Source of the DNA: Squalus acanthias
Taxonomy: Eukaryota
NCBI GenBank assembly: GCA_030390025.1
Contig: CM059446.1
Location: forward strand, 54,808,001-54,872,000
Length of the DNA: 64,000 nt
Direction: 5' to 3'
Shown piece after piece: positions 48,501 through 61,654 of this stretch (position 1 is the first letter of the stretch; each line of letters opens with the position of its first letter). The notes below the pieces were generated by a model. It was not told the origin of the DNA and made no database searches. It worked only from the letters and a program-made list of their open reading frames with translations. The position numbers and the translations under genes are program-made.

Positions 48501-49301
48501 ACAAGCATATGAGGGAGAAGGGAATAGAGGGTTACGCTGATAGATTTAGATGAGGAAAGACGGGAGGAGGCTCGAGTGGAGCATAAACCCCGGCATGGAC
48601 TGGTTGGGCCGAATGGCCTGTTTCTGTGCCGTATATTCTGTGTAATCCTATGTACATAACAATAGTTGCTGCGTTTCAGAAAGTAATTGATGGTGTGAAG
48701 CGATCTGAGAAGATTCGTTGTGCTAAGATTAAATTCAAGTGTGTTATATTCGTTCCAGCAGGGGCCACGTGTGTAATGGAGAGCTGAGAACCATTAGTTC
48801 CTTTTGCAGCCACAATTTCTTTTCCTCTTGCCTAATCATTCTGTCCTGTGCAACCCCTTGCTTCTGGATATGCAAGAGTTTCGCTTTGAAGTGAATCTCA
48901 TTATTGCCCCATTAGCTCAGAATGAGCCTGTAAAACCACAGGGGGGAGGGGGGGGCAATTCAGCGGATTTTCTGGGTGGTAATTCTGGAGGGCAGCTCCA
49001 TGTGTGAGCGGCAGATGCACAGACTGAGGGTCAGTCTGGGGGGGGGGGGGGGGGCGGTGGTGATTTAATTAGAATTCCTTGCTTTTGTTGCCAATTTTCT
49101 CTCATCCTCCCCTCAAGGTGCTGACTCTTGATCGTAAGATCACAAATAAATACAGTCCAGGAAAGGCAAATTGGCCAGAAAGAAAAATCATATAGGGTAG
49201 AAAGAGAGAAACTATATCCGCTGGTTGGGGCGTCCAGGACTAGGGGACATTGCCTTAAAATTAGAGCCAGACCTTACAGGAATAAAGTTAGGAAACACTT
49301 C

Positions 49302-49815
49302 AACAACAACAACAACTTGTATTTATATAGCGCATTTAACATCATAAAACGTCCCAAGGCGCTGCACAGAAGAGTTATAAAACAAAATTTGACCTGGGTC
49401 ACATAAGGGGATATTAGGGCAGGGTAGGTTTTAAGGAGTGTCTTAAAGGAGGGAAGCTTAGGGCCCAGGCAGCTGAAGGCACGGCCACCAATGGTTGAGC
49501 GATTAAAATCAGGGACGCTCAAGAGGCCAGAATTAGAGGAGCGCAGATATCTCGGAGGGTTGTGGGGCTGGAGGAGATTACAGAGATAGGGAGGGGGCGA
49601 GGCCATGGAGATACTTGAAACCAAGGATGAGAATTTTGACATCGAGGCGTTGCTTAACCAGGTGCCAATGTAGGTCAGCGAGCACAGGGGAGATGGGTGA
49701 ACGGGACTTGGTGCGAGTTAGGACACGGGCAGCCGAGTTTTGGATGACCTCAAGTTTGCGTAGGGTAGAACGTGGGAGGCCAGCCAGGGGTGCGTTGGAA
49801 TAGTCAAGTCTAGAG
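49302..49815 (-). mobile_element. L2 LINE 3' fragment
   Basis: Reverse complement of the 18355-18852 family. Other copies at 44772-45825 (-, interrupted) and 51410-51630 (+). Confidence 0.85.
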
Positions 49816-50081
49816 GCATATGGGCATCACTGGTAAGGTCAGTATTTACAGCACCGAATACAAGTCCAGTTTGTCCACTCCTCCTGTGTCTTGTGATAGG
49901 GAGTCGTTAATCATCTGAGGTTTTTAATGGATTTTTCTTTTAATCAACAATAAGGAAAGCCTCAGAACTTAAGCCATAATCATATCAGCAGCCCGGCTCA
50001 GATCCTGCCTCTTATCCGGGTTTGCATTTGGCAGAAGATGAGAGCAAGCTAGCACTGCACTCCCAATAACTGTTACTATCT

Positions 50082-50556
50082 GTGTCAGCTGTGGCTCAGT
50101 TGGTAGCACACTTGCCTCTGAGTCAGAAGGTTGTGGGTTCAAAGTCCCCACTCCAGGGACCTGAGTACATAAATCTAGGGCTGACACTCCAGTGCAGTGC
50201 TGAGGGAGTGCTGCACTGTCGGAAGTGCCGTCTTTCGGATGAGATATTAAACCGAGGCCCCTGTCTGCCCTCTCAGGTGGACGTAAAAGATCCCATGGCA
50301 CTATTTCAAAGAAGAGCAGGGGAGTTATCCCCGGTGTCCTGGCCAATATTTATCTCTCAACCAACATAACAAAAAAAACAGATTATCTGGTCATTATCAC
50401 ATTGCTGTTTGTGGGAGCTTGCTGTGTGTAAATAGGCTGCCGCGTTTCCCACATTACAACAGTGACTACACTCCAAAAGTACTTCATTGGCTGTAAAGCG
50501 CTTTGAGATGTCCGGTGGTCGTGAAAGGCGCTATAGAAATGCAAGTCTTTCTTTTT
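50082..50556 (+). mobile_element. DeuSINE, full length
   Basis: A-box TGGCTCAGTTGG, B-box GGTTCAAAGTCC, core and tail. Confidence 0.88.
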
Positions 50557-50829
50557 ATTAACTCTCGAGCACTGCAGAAGGGTTTGCACGTCCAGGGGGA
50601 TACTGGCGCGAGGGGAGTGAGGGACTGAGGAGTATACTCCCCACCCCTTTCTGCTGCAGCCATGTCACAGTGATCGAAGCCACTGTTGTCCGCCTCCTAC
50701 GGAGATAGTCAGCCTGATGTTTCGGCGGGTGGCTGGCAATAGAGAGGGACTTAACGTAAAGTCGCAAGAAGCTCAAATGGTCGGCAAACAGCCCAGCTTG
50801 AATACAGTTAGTGTCTGAGTTGCATCGAG

Positions 50830-51392
50830 TCTACAGCACAGAAACAGGCCATTCGGCCCAACTGGTCCGTGCCGGTGTTTATGCTCCACATGAGCCTCCT
50901 CCCACCCCTCTTCATCTCATCCAATCAGCATATCCTTCTATTCCTTTCTCCCCTCATGTGCTTATCTAGCTTTCCCTTAAATACATCTAAGCTTTTTGCC
51001 TCAACTATTCCTTGTGGTAGCGAGTTCCACATTCTAACCACTCTCTGGGTAAAGAAGTTTTTCTGAATTCCCTGTTGGATTTATTAATGACTATCTTATA
51101 TTTATGGCCCCTAATTTTTGAATCCTCCTTAAGTGGAAACATCTTCTCTACATCTACCCTATTGAACCTTTCATCATCTTAAAGACCTCTATCAGGTCCT
51201 CCCTCAGCCTTCTCTTTTCTAGAGAAAAGAGCCCCAGCCTGTTCAGTCTTTCCTGATAGTTATAACCTCTCAGTTCTGGTATCATCCTTGTAAATCTTTT
51301 TTGCACATTATTCAATGCCTCTATATCCTTTTTTATAATATGGAGACCAGAACTATACACAGTACTCCAAGTGTGGTCTAACCAAGGTTCTA
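50830..51392 (-). mobile_element. CR1 LINE 3' fragment
   Basis: Encodes KKDIEALNNVQKRFTRMIPELRGYNYQERLNRLGLFSLEKRRLREDLIEVFK. Confidence 0.85.
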
Positions 51393-52092
51393 TGTGATGA
51401 AGGGATGGAGCACTGTGCTCGCTGACCTACATTGGCTCCCGGTCCGGCAACGCCTCGATTTTAAAAATCTCATCCTTGTTTTCAAATCCCTCCATGGCCT
51501 CACCCCTCCCTATCTCTGTAACCTCCTCCATCCCTACAACCCCCCCGAGAGCTCTGCGCTCCTCCAATTCTGGCCTCTTGCGCATCCCCGATTTTCATCG
51601 CTCCACCATTGGCGGCCGTGCCTTCAGCCGCCTCAACCCATGTGGCAAAGCTCGAACTTGTCCTCCTCCGAATTCCCCACTCCCGCACTTTCCAGCGGGG
51701 ACCACTAGATACTGGTCAGGAGAAAGAACTGTGGCTGGTTGTTCCCAGGAGTTCAGAGGTCAATTGTGAGTCACCCAATGGCTAACCTGACACTTAGCAG
51801 AGTTGAACGTTATTGGTTGATACCGCTCCGCATCGCATTACCCATCTGAAGTCATTATGTGGGGATTGTGGGAGGATCGGTTTGATTTTTATAATAAGAT
51901 TGTTCATTTTTATTGTTCTAGCTGAAAACCTGTCAGTTTTAAAAGAAGTAAGACAGATAAACCCCATCCCCGGGCAATGATGCCCACTGTTCAAGCCTAG
52001 AATTGGTCCTGTGTGATACTAGTTGTGAAAAGACTTGACATAAAATTCTTTTATCCAATATTTTAATGAGGGTCTTGACTCATTTATTTTAC

Positions 52093-52492
52093 AGAGACTT
52101 GAGCACAAAAATCCAGGCTGACACTCCCAGTGCTGTGCTGAGGGAGTTGCTACACTGTCGGAGGTGCTGTCTTTCGGATGAGACGTTAAACCGAGACCCC
52201 GTCTGCTCTCTCAGGTGGACGTAAAAGATCCGATGGCACTATTTTGAAGAAGAGATGGGGAGTTCTCCCCGGTGTCCTGGCCAATATTTATCCCTCAATC
52301 AACATCATTAAACAGATTACCTGCTCATTATCACATTGCTGTTTGTGGGAGCTTGCTGTGCACAAATTGGCTGCCGCGTATCCTACATCACAACAGTGAC
52401 TACACTCCAAAAAACGTACTTCATTGGCTGTAAAGCGCTTTGGGAATTCCTGAGGTCGTGAAAGGCGCTGTAGAAAATGCAAGTCTTTCTTT
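52093..52492 (+). mobile_element. DeuSINE, 5'-truncated
   Basis: Core and tail. Further fragments occur at ~9300-9590, 24870-24965, 30235-30455, 34470-34670, 39430-39590 and 54460-54765. Confidence 0.82.
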
Positions 52493-52496
52493 AAAT

Positions 52497-52970
52497 AGAT
52501 TTACGAGAATGATTACAGGAATGAGGGACTTCAGTTACATTGATAGACTGGAGAAGCTGGGGTTGTTCTCCTTGGAGCAGAGAAGATTGAGAGGAGATTT
52601 GAGAGAGGTGTTCAAAATCATGAGGGGTCTGGACAGAGTAGATAGAGAGAAACTGTTCCCATTGGCAGAAGGATCGAGAACCAGAGGACACAGATTTAAG
52701 GTGACTGGCAAAAGAACCACAGGCGACATAAGAAAGAACTTTTTTACGCAGCGAGTGGTTAAGATCTGGAATGCACTGCCTGAGAGGGTGGTGGAGGCAG
52801 ACTCAATCTTATCTTTCAAAAGGGAATTGGATAAGTATCTGAAGGAAAAAAATTTGCAAGCCTACGGGGGAAGGGCGGGGGAGTGGGACTGGCTGAGAGT
52901 CGGCACGGGCTCGACGGGCCGAATGGCCTTCTTCCGTGCTGTAACCTTTCTATGATTCCATGATTCTAGG
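52497..52970 (+). mobile_element. CR1 LINE 3' fragment
   Basis: Encodes RLEKLGLFSLEQRRLRGDL...NFFTQRVVKIWNALP. (ATTCTATG)-type tail. Confidence 0.88.
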
Positions 52971-53177
52971 TTGATGCTTCGCTTAAAATGCTGGATACAG
53001 TAATTCCATATGAAAAATGCTAAGGGTGCGTATGCTTACTGGTCAGACTGTGGTATGTCTATGGTTTAGTCTTTCGCTGGTTTAAGGAATCTTTTAAAAA
53101 ATGTATTGTCCCAGCTGCTGACCCAATCCGTGACTGAAAGGGACACATACACAAAATATGAATCCCCGGAACTTTAA

Positions 53178-54250
53178 CTAGCTCAGGAAACAAAGGGTAA
53201 TGGTCGAAGGGTGTTTTTGTGACTGGAAGGCTGTTTCCAGTGGGGCTCCGCAGGGCTCAGTACTGGGTGCTTTGCTATTTGTGGTATATATCAATGATTT
53301 GGACTTGAATGTAGGGGGTTTGGTTAAGGAGTTGGCAGATGATACAAAAATTGGCCGTGTGGTTGATAATGAAGAAGAAAGCTGCAGACTGCAGGAAGAT
53401 ATCAATGGACTGGTCAGGTGGGCAGAACAGTGGCAAATGGAATTCAATCCAGAGAAGTGTGATGTAATGCATTTGGGGAGGGCTAACAAGGCAAGGAAAT
53501 ACACATTAAATGGTAGGACACTGAGAAGTGCAGAAGATCACCCTGGAGTGCATGTCCACAGATCCCTGAAGGTAGCAGGACAGGTAGATAAGGTGGTTAA
53601 GAAGGCATACGGGATACTTGCCTTTATTAGCCGAGGCATATAATATAAGAGCAGGGAGGTTATGCTTGAACTGTATAAAACACTAGTTAGGCCGCAGCTA
53701 GAATACTGCATGCAGTTCTGGTTACCACATTACAGGAAGGATGTGACTGCACTAGAGGGGGTGAAGAGGAGATTTACGAGGATGTTGCCTGGGCTGGGGA
53801 ATTTTAGCTCTGAGGAAAGATTGGATAGGCTGGGGTTGTTTTCTTTGGAACAGAGGAGGCTGAGGGGAGACCTAATTGAAGTGTATAAAATTATGAGGGG
53901 CCTAGATAGAGTGGAGAGGAAGGACCTATTTCCCTTTGCAGAGAGGTTAATAACCAGGGGCATAGATTTAAAGTAATTGGTAGGAGGATTAGAGGGGAGT
54001 TGAGGAGAACTTGTTTCACCCAGAGGGTGGTGGGGGTCTGGAACTCACTGCCTGAAAGGGTGGTAGAGGCAGAAATGCTCATCACATTTAAAAAGTACTT
54101 GGATATGCACTTGAAGTGTCGTAACCTACAGGGCTACGGACCAAGTGCTGGAAAGTGGGATTAGGGTGGATAGCTCTTTGTCGGCCGGCACGGACAAGAT
54201 GGGCCGAATGGCCTCCTTCTGTGCTGTAAATCTCTATGATTCTATGATTT
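53178..54250 (+). mobile_element. CR1 LINE RT/3' fragment
   Basis: Encodes GAPQGSVLGALLFVVYINDLD..ADDTK and LYKTLVRPQLEYC. Tail tctctatgattctatga. Confidence 0.9.
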
Positions 54251-54769
54251 GAATTAAATCTCTTCTACACGAAAAACTGAACCTGGCCTGTTCATACTTG
54301 CCTGGGTTTGATCCAGTTCACCTTCAGATACCACACATGGACCACTGCCTTAAAGCTGCTGGTTAGACTCACACCTTTGAAGTGAGATCTTCTCCTGCTC
54401 CAACATTGTGAACTGGGAGCAGGGTCCACCACTCAGCTTCCCGTGCACAGTTACACAGAAGTTACAATTTGCGCACAGCAAGGTCCCACAAACAGCAATG
54501 AGATAATGACCAGATAACCTGCTTTATGGGTGAGGGTTTCCATAGCAGATGGGCTGAGGTCAAGGTGGAGGTGGGCAATATTATGGCGATGGAATTTTGA
54601 TGTACACCATTTTGATGTAACGTCTCCCCACTGCTCAGCAGATGGATGAGCAGTCCACACATCAAGAAGAAAGACTTATTTCTATGGCCCCTTTCACAAC
54701 GTCAGGACATCTCAAAGCGCTTTAATGAAGTACTTTGAAGTGTAGTCACTGTTGTAATGTAGGAAAAAA

Positions 54770-55450
54770 GGCACAGACATACAAAGTTGGCGGGCAGGAA
54801 AAGACCAGCTGGTCCATCAAGCCTGGCCCACACCATGATGGCCGGAGTGACTAGACACGACTTCCCTCCCCCTCCCCCCACATCTCCCCCATCCCCCGTA
54901 GCCATGTCATCTCTTGGGAGAGGCCAAAAAAAGAGAAAAAAACCAAGGGCCAATAAGGGATAAAATACTCTGGAAAATTCCTCTCCGACCCCCTCAGGCG
55001 ATGGAAACCAGTCCAGGGGATCACACGGACCCAGTGTTCTCTCTAAAGACACTGACCTTCTCTATGATGCGATCTCTGCCCCAGTCAAGAACCGGTCCAG
55101 CTCCCTCTTGAAGGCAGAGAGTCAGCGCCCACCACACCAGGCAATACATTCCAGAGGCTCACTGCTCTCTGGGGAAAGAAGAACTGCCCAACATCCAGCC
55201 TACTCCTACTCTTACACAGTTTAAACTCCTGTCCCCTGGTCCTCCCCAATCTGTTAAACTGGAATAATCTCTCAATAGGGATGCTATCTAGCCCGTTAAT
55301 TATTTTATAGACCTCTTTCAGGTCACCTCTAAGTCTATGCAGCTGTAAAATAAATAGACCAATGTCCTTGAGCCTATCTGAGTAGCTGAGGTTCTTTAAG
55401 CTAGGAATCATTCTCATAGTTCTCCTCTGGACCTTCTCCAAGGCCACTAT
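54770..55450 (-). mobile_element. Older CR1 3' fragment
   Basis: Encodes DIVALEKVQRRTMRMIPSLKNLSYSDRL...FFPQRAVSLWN. Confidence 0.75.
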
Positions 55451-55477
55451 ATCACTCACCATGTCTGTGGGATACGG

Positions 55478-56040
55478 CTCTGTACATGCGATTCCCCCAC
55501 ACGGTGATGGGACGCGGGTCTGTACATGCAATTCCCCCACACGGTGATGGGACGCGGGTCTGTGCCTGTGATACCTCCACACGGTGATGGGACACGGGTC
55601 TGTGCCTGCGATTCCCCCACACGGTGATGGGACGCGGGTCTGTGCCTGTGATACCTCCACACGGTGATGGGACACGGGTCTGTGCCTGTGATACCAGCAC
55701 ACTGTGGTGGGACGCGGGTCTGTGCCTGTGATTCCTCCACACGGTGATGGGACGCGGGTCTGTGCCTGCGATTCTCCCACACAGTGATGGGACGCGGGTC
55801 TGTGCCTGCGATTCCCCCACACGGTGATGGGACGCGGGTCTGTACATGCGATTCCCCCACACGGTGATGGGACACGGGTCTGTGCCTGCGATTCCCCCAC
55901 ACGGTGATGGGACGCGGGTCTGTGCCTGCGATTCCCCCACACGGTGATGGGACGCGGGTCTGTGCCTGCGATTCCCCCACACGGTGCTGGGACACGGGTC
56001 TTGTGCCTGTGATACCAGCACACTGTGGTGGGACGCGGGT
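55478..56040. repeat. 40-bp minisatellite, ~14 copies with variant units
   Basis: Unit tgtgcctgcgattcccccacacggtgatgggacgcgggtc. Confidence 0.95.
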
Positions 56041-56903
56041 TCGAAGTCACATTCCAATCCTTTCCCAATTCACACAATTGCAAAGTTTCAAAACACAGCA
56101 GAGGCTCCCCTGATGGTTGAGTGGGGAATTGTGTTGCTTGGTGTGGTGCTGAGCCATACCGAACTCAAGCTTGAAGGTTAGACTCCCAGTATGTGCTGGT
56201 CTTGTTGATCTCTGCCTAGGCAGCAGTAGGAAGATTCAATGTTCTGGTATAGGGTTCTTGCTATAAAGTTTGTCATTCCTGGAAAGTACACGTCGATGGA
56301 CATTGGATGAGGACATCACAGACTTAGCTGTGGTTGCAACACCAAGTAAGTCGTGTCAATGTTGACTGGTTAAGCTCGCATAGAAAGGATGGGCCTCTTG
56401 GTGAGAGTCCAGCGACATTCAATCCCTTCAGGAGAGAAGGGGAAAATCGGAAAGAAATGTTAAGCATGAAACGGACTGAAATATATGGTCGGAACCAACA
56501 CCAGAGCTCCACATGATGGCAGTACAGGGCTAGAAGTGTGATTGTGGAACCAATGTAAAATATTAACTGTGGGTGGGATCAACAGAGCAGATTAGATGAA
56601 AGGATTGTGGCTGCAAAGCCATAAAAATAAATAAGAATATTTGATCCAAAAGAGTGCCATAATTATATTAAATGACAAATCTAAATATCTTTTCATTTTT
56701 AATGCGTGGTTTAGTATAATCCAGATAATGAAATTTTAATCCAGATTCATAATTAAAATGCATGCAGTGCTAAATCAGGGAGAGAGATCCACCGGCCCCG
56801 ATTTTAACCCCAGGTGGATTCCCCGCTCAGGCCTGAGTTAAAATTACAGTTGGGTCTCAATGATGTCATCGGGCCGCAATATGCCTAGGTAAAGAAGGAC
56901 CCT

Positions 56904-59900
56904 AAATAACAACAGAAAACGCTGGAAAAACTCAGCAGGCCAGGCAGCATCCATGGAGAGAGAAACAGAGTTAACATTTCAGGTCGAAGACCTTTCGTCA
57001 GAACTGGAAAAAAGCAGGAAATGGAACAGATTTTAAAGCAAGTTTAGGGGCTGGGAAAAGGGGGAGGGGATGAAAGAACAAAAGGGAAGGTCAGTGATAG
57101 GATGGAAAGCAGGAGAGATTGAGAGACATTAAGAGATATTCAAGGCAAGAGGAGGTGGTAATGGGACAGGTTAAGGAACAAAGGATGGCTCTAGATGAAG
57201 TGTGAAATGCGCTGGCAGAATGAAGGACAGCTGCCATGTGGGAGGGAAGAAGAAAAGGCACAAACAAAAAGTGTGGATAAAAAAAATATATATATATATA
57301 TATATATGTGATAGGGGCCGAGCTTATGATCTGAAATTGTTGAACTCTATGTTGAGTCCTGAGGGCTGTAGAGTGCCTAATCGAAAGATGAGGTGCTGTT
57401 CCTTGAGCTTACGCTGAGCTTCCGTGGAACAATGCAAGAGGCCGAGGACGGTGAGGTCTGAGTGGGAATGGAGTGGTGAATTAAAGTGACAGGCCACCGG
57501 GAGCTCGGGGTCCCCCTTACGGATTGAACGGAGGTGTTCCGCAAAGCGGTCACCCAATCTGCGTTTGGTCTCCCCAATGTAGAGGAGACCACATCGTGAG
57601 CAGCGAATACAGTATACTAAATTGCAAGAAGTACAAGTAAATCGCTGTTTCACCTGGAAGGGGTGTTTGGGGCCCTGGACAGTGGGAAGAGGGGAGGTAT
57701 AAGGGCATGTGTTGCATCTCCTGCGCTTGCACGGGAAGGTGTCGGGTGAAGGGGAAGGGGTGTTGGGGGTGATAGAGGAGTGGACTAGGGTGTCTCAGAG
57801 GGAGCGGTCCCTACGGAATGCTGAAAGGGGAGGTGAGGGGAAGATGCGTTTGGTGGTGGAATCACGCTGGAGGTGGCGGAAATGGCGGAGGATGATCGTT
57901 GAATGTGGAGGCTGGTGGGGTGAAAGGTGAGGACAAGGGGAACTCTATCGTGGTTCCGGGAGGGAGGGGCAGGGGTGAGGGCAGAAGTGCAGGAGATAGA
58001 ACGGACACGGTCAAGGGCCGTGTCAACCACAGTAGAGGGGAATCCTCGGTTGAGGAAAAAGGAAGACATGTCGGAAGCACTGGTATGGAAGGTGGCATCG
58101 TCAGAGCAGATGCGGTGGAGACAGAGAAACTGGGAGAATGGAATAGAGTCCTTACAGGAGGCGGGGTGGGAGGAAGTGTAGTCCAGGTAGCTGTGGGAGG
58201 CAGTGGGCTTGTAGTGAATGTTTGTCAATAACCTATCCCCAGAGATGGAGACGGAGAAGTCAAGGAAGGGAAGGGAAGAGTCGGAGATGGACCATGTGAA
58301 GGTGAGGGAAGGGTGGAAATTGGAAGCAAAGTGAATAACATTTTCTAGTTCAGGGCGAGAGCAGGAGATGGTACCGATACAGTCATCAATGTACCGGAAA
58401 AAGAGGTGAGGGAGGGGACCCAGGTAGGACTGGAACAAAGTGTGTTCCACATATCCCACGAAAAGGCAGGCATAGCTAGGATCCATGCAGGTACCCATAG
58501 CAACACCTTTGATTTGGAGGAAATGAGTGGAGTCGAAGGAGAAGTTGTTCAATGTGAGAACAAGTTCAGCCAGGCAGAGGAGGGTGGTGGTGGATGGGGA
58601 CTGGTTGGACCTCTGTTCAAGGAAGAAGCGGAGCGCCCTCAGGCCATCCTGGTGGGGGATGGAGGTGTAGAGGGATTGTACGTCCATAGTGAAAAGGATG
58701 CGGTTGGGGCGGGAAACTGGAAACTGTTAAAGTGGCGGAGGGCATCGGAAGAGACACGGATGTAGGTGGGAAGAGACTGGACAAGGGGAGAAAAAATAGA
58801 GTCGAGATAGGAAGAGATAAGTTCCGTGGGGCAAGAACAGGCTGAAACGATGGGTCTACCAGGGCAGTCCTGTTTGTGGATCTTGGGAAGGAGGTAGAAG
58901 CAGGCTGTGTGGGGTTGGGGAACTATGAGGTTGGCGGCCGTGGGGGGAAGATCTCCAGAGGAGATGAGGTCAGTGACAGTCTTGGAAACGGTGGCTTGAT
59001 GTTCAGTAGTGGGGTCATGGTCCAGGTGGAGGTAGGAGGAGGTGTCGGAGAGTTGGCGTTCAGCTTCCGCTAGGTAGAGGTCGGTTCGCCAAACAACAAC
59101 AGCACCACCCGTGTCAGCAGGTTTAATGACAATGTCAGGGTTGGATCTGAGAGAATGGAGTGCTGCAAGTTCAGAGGGAGGTAGGTTGGAGTGAGTGAGG
59201 GGAGCAGAGAAATGGAGACGGCCGATGTCACAGCGGCAGTTTGCAATGAAAAGATCTAGAGAGGGTAAGAGGCCAGAGGGAGGGGTCCAAGTGGAACGAG
59301 AATTCTGAAAGCGGGAGAAAGGGTCAGCCGTGCAGGGGGAAGACTCCTGGCCAAAGAAGTGGGCACGGAGGCGAAGGCGGCGGAAAAAGAGCTCAGCATC
59401 GTGCCGAGCTCGAAATTCATTGAGGTGGGGGCGTAAGGGGATGAAGCTCAGGCCTTTGCTGAGGACTGATCGTTCGGGGTCAGAGAGGGGAAGGTCAGAA
59501 GGGATAGTGAAAACGCGGCAGGGGGTGAGATTGGGAGAAGGCGGGTCAGAGGAAAGTGAAGGGGAAGAAGGTTCCGGAGGGGCGTTGGTGTTCAAGAGTT
59601 GATGAAGCTTGCGATCCTTGACATCAGAAAGGAAGAAAAAAGTTTTTTGTTGAAGCGTCGGATGAGTCGAAGGATGAAATGGAACTGTGGACCCGGACAG
59701 CTTTGAGATAGAGTGCGTCGGTGCTGCTGAAGAGAGAGGTCGAGAGTGTTCATGTTGAGCGTGGATCTCAAGATGCGGCGAGAGCAGTAGTTCGAGGAAC
59801 GATGAATATCTTGGAGATATTTGTAATCCTGGGTGGATGCGAAACACGAAGGGTGGAAGTTTAGTTGGAATCCACGTAGAATAAGTCGGAACCGGAGACA

Positions 59901-59998
59901 GTTGCTGAGGAAAGAGATGTGGCTGTGAAACCGAGTCTTGGCAGATACCTGATCAAACTCGAGAAGGGAAACTGAAAGCAATGAAGATGAACAAGGTT
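56904..59998 (-). mobile_element. Penelope-like retroelement (RT + GIY-YIG endonuclease), near full length, frameshifted
   Basis: Minus-strand ORFs contain LSKGLSFIP, DIVIKPADTGGAVV, FYLLPKIHK..PGRPIVS, MDVQSLYTSIP, GVAMGT and FFRYIDD (RT), followed by NLVYCIRCSRCGLLYIGETKRRLGDRFAEH (GIY-YIG). The 3' end carries a hammerhead motif. A 10-bp direct repeat GAAGGACCCT flanks it at 56894-56903 and 59999-60008. Confidence 0.93.
56969..57005 (-). ncRNA. Minimal type-I hammerhead ribozyme motif in the Penelope terminal repeat
   Basis: The minus strand reads agtt-CTGACGA-a-aggtc-ttc-gacct-GAAA-tgtt-aact, giving stem I, the conserved core and stem II. Confidence 0.7.
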
Positions 59999-61480
59999 GA
60001 AGGACCCTGTTGGCTCCGGGCGCCTGTCCTTGCTGCCTGCTCAGGAGAGCAGGTTAAAATTGCAGATGTTGCGATCATGGCGGCTTTCGGACAGGTAAGA
60101 GCCGGGGTGATTTTAACTGCCCACCCGCCAGGTTTCTGCAGAGCGAGGAGGGTTAAAATCGCCCCCAATAGCGAAAGCTATTGAAGCAGCAATGAATCGC
60201 TTCCAAGTTAGTGAACACTTTTCCTCTCTGCTTCTTATCCAATCCCTTGCTTGCCTGTGATGAGTATGCGATATTGTACATCAGGGAACCTTGGAACAGG
60301 TACAAGGGAATGGTAGCATAGTGTTAATGTTACTGGACTACTAATGCAGAGGCCTGGCCAAATGATCTGGAGACATGAGTTCAAATCCCATGTTTAAATT
60401 CAGTTAATTAAATAAATCTGGAATAAAAAGCACGAAACTACTGGATTGCTGCAAAAATCCAACTGGTTCACTAATGTCCTTTAGGGAAGGAAACCTTACC
60501 TGGTCTGGCCTATATGTGACTCCAGACCCACAGCAATGTGGTTGACTCTTAACAGCCCTCTGAAATGGCCTGAGCAAGCCACTCAGAGCAAGGGCACTAA
60601 ATGTTGACACCCACATCCTGTGAATGGAAAAAAAAAGACAGAATAGAAGACCCTGGGTTTGAACCCACTATGTTCTGAATGAACTGTTCTCAGCCAATGG
60701 ACCATTTGGAGTGATGCAGTTGACCTCAGCCAGAGCGAGGCAAAAGACGCTAAGGTTCCTGTTCCTAATCAGTAGGTATCCAACGGTTCGTACTGGAAAG
60801 TGCACACAAATGGATGTCAGGCGAGAATAGTGTTGTAAATCACCCCTTCCCCATGGCAGAATCACCTCACAACGCTTACTGTCTAGGCTCATTCAAGAAG
60901 AAAGCACCACTTAAGTCAGCACCTTAAGGAGAGGAGGGGGGCAACATTTAAAACAATGGCCGCAGAGTATTGTGGAGGAGACACTTCACAATGAGGAGTT
61001 TTCATGAGTGAGAAAAGAGCCAAACCACAAATGCTTTAAGGTGTGAGACTTACGACAGTCTTTCACACGCGTACGTGTACCAACAGCGGTGCAGTATCTT
61101 GCTTATTAGCCGGGTATGGTTTTAAGTAGATTCTGATGGTCATTAAGTCATAATTCAATTGGTTTGAATTTTTATGTGCCCATCTGGTGAGGGATATTAG
61201 ACCTGGGCAAGTGGAGCGCCCAGTATTGAGCATTCCCGGGTCAGGCGCAGAGTAATTCTCCCTCTCAGTCCCGACTGTACTGGTCTGATTTTTCTTCCAT
61301 TTCCTGCACCGGCCATTTTGTGGCTTTTTTGTCAATTGAGGAGCAATTTAAAAAAATCGAATTCTCTTGCCTCCTTAGTCGTAAAGCTCTTGACTCCCTC
61401 TCCACGATATCGTTGCATGGGTGGTGGTTGTCCAGCGATACCTTGCCCAAGTGGCCATCATTCGTGTGTGAGCCTTGATT

Positions 61481-61620
61481 GGGGGGCAATTTTAACCTAA
61501 TCCGTCCATCAGGAGACTGACGAGATCGGGTGCAACGCTGGTTCTAGTCTCTGTTGAAGTCAACGGAGAGGAATGTTGGACGGGGTGTAAAAGCGGACGA
61601 AGTAGGTTAAAATTACCACC
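61481..61620. mobile_element. Small TIR element (GGGGGCAATTTTAACC-type ends)
   Basis: ggggggcaattttaaccta ... taggttaaaattaccacc. Related ends occur at 60104-60167 and ~56793-56850. Confidence 0.5.
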
Positions 61621-61654
61621 ACTGAGTTTCGGTAGCCTAGCCACAGCTCCTCAG

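Noticed and set aside
55085-56083. 332-aa and overlapping minus-strand ORFs as a repeat-protein gene
   Set aside because: They arise from a stop-free 40-bp minisatellite fused to a CR1 fragment. All three frames are open, and there is no splice or promoter support.
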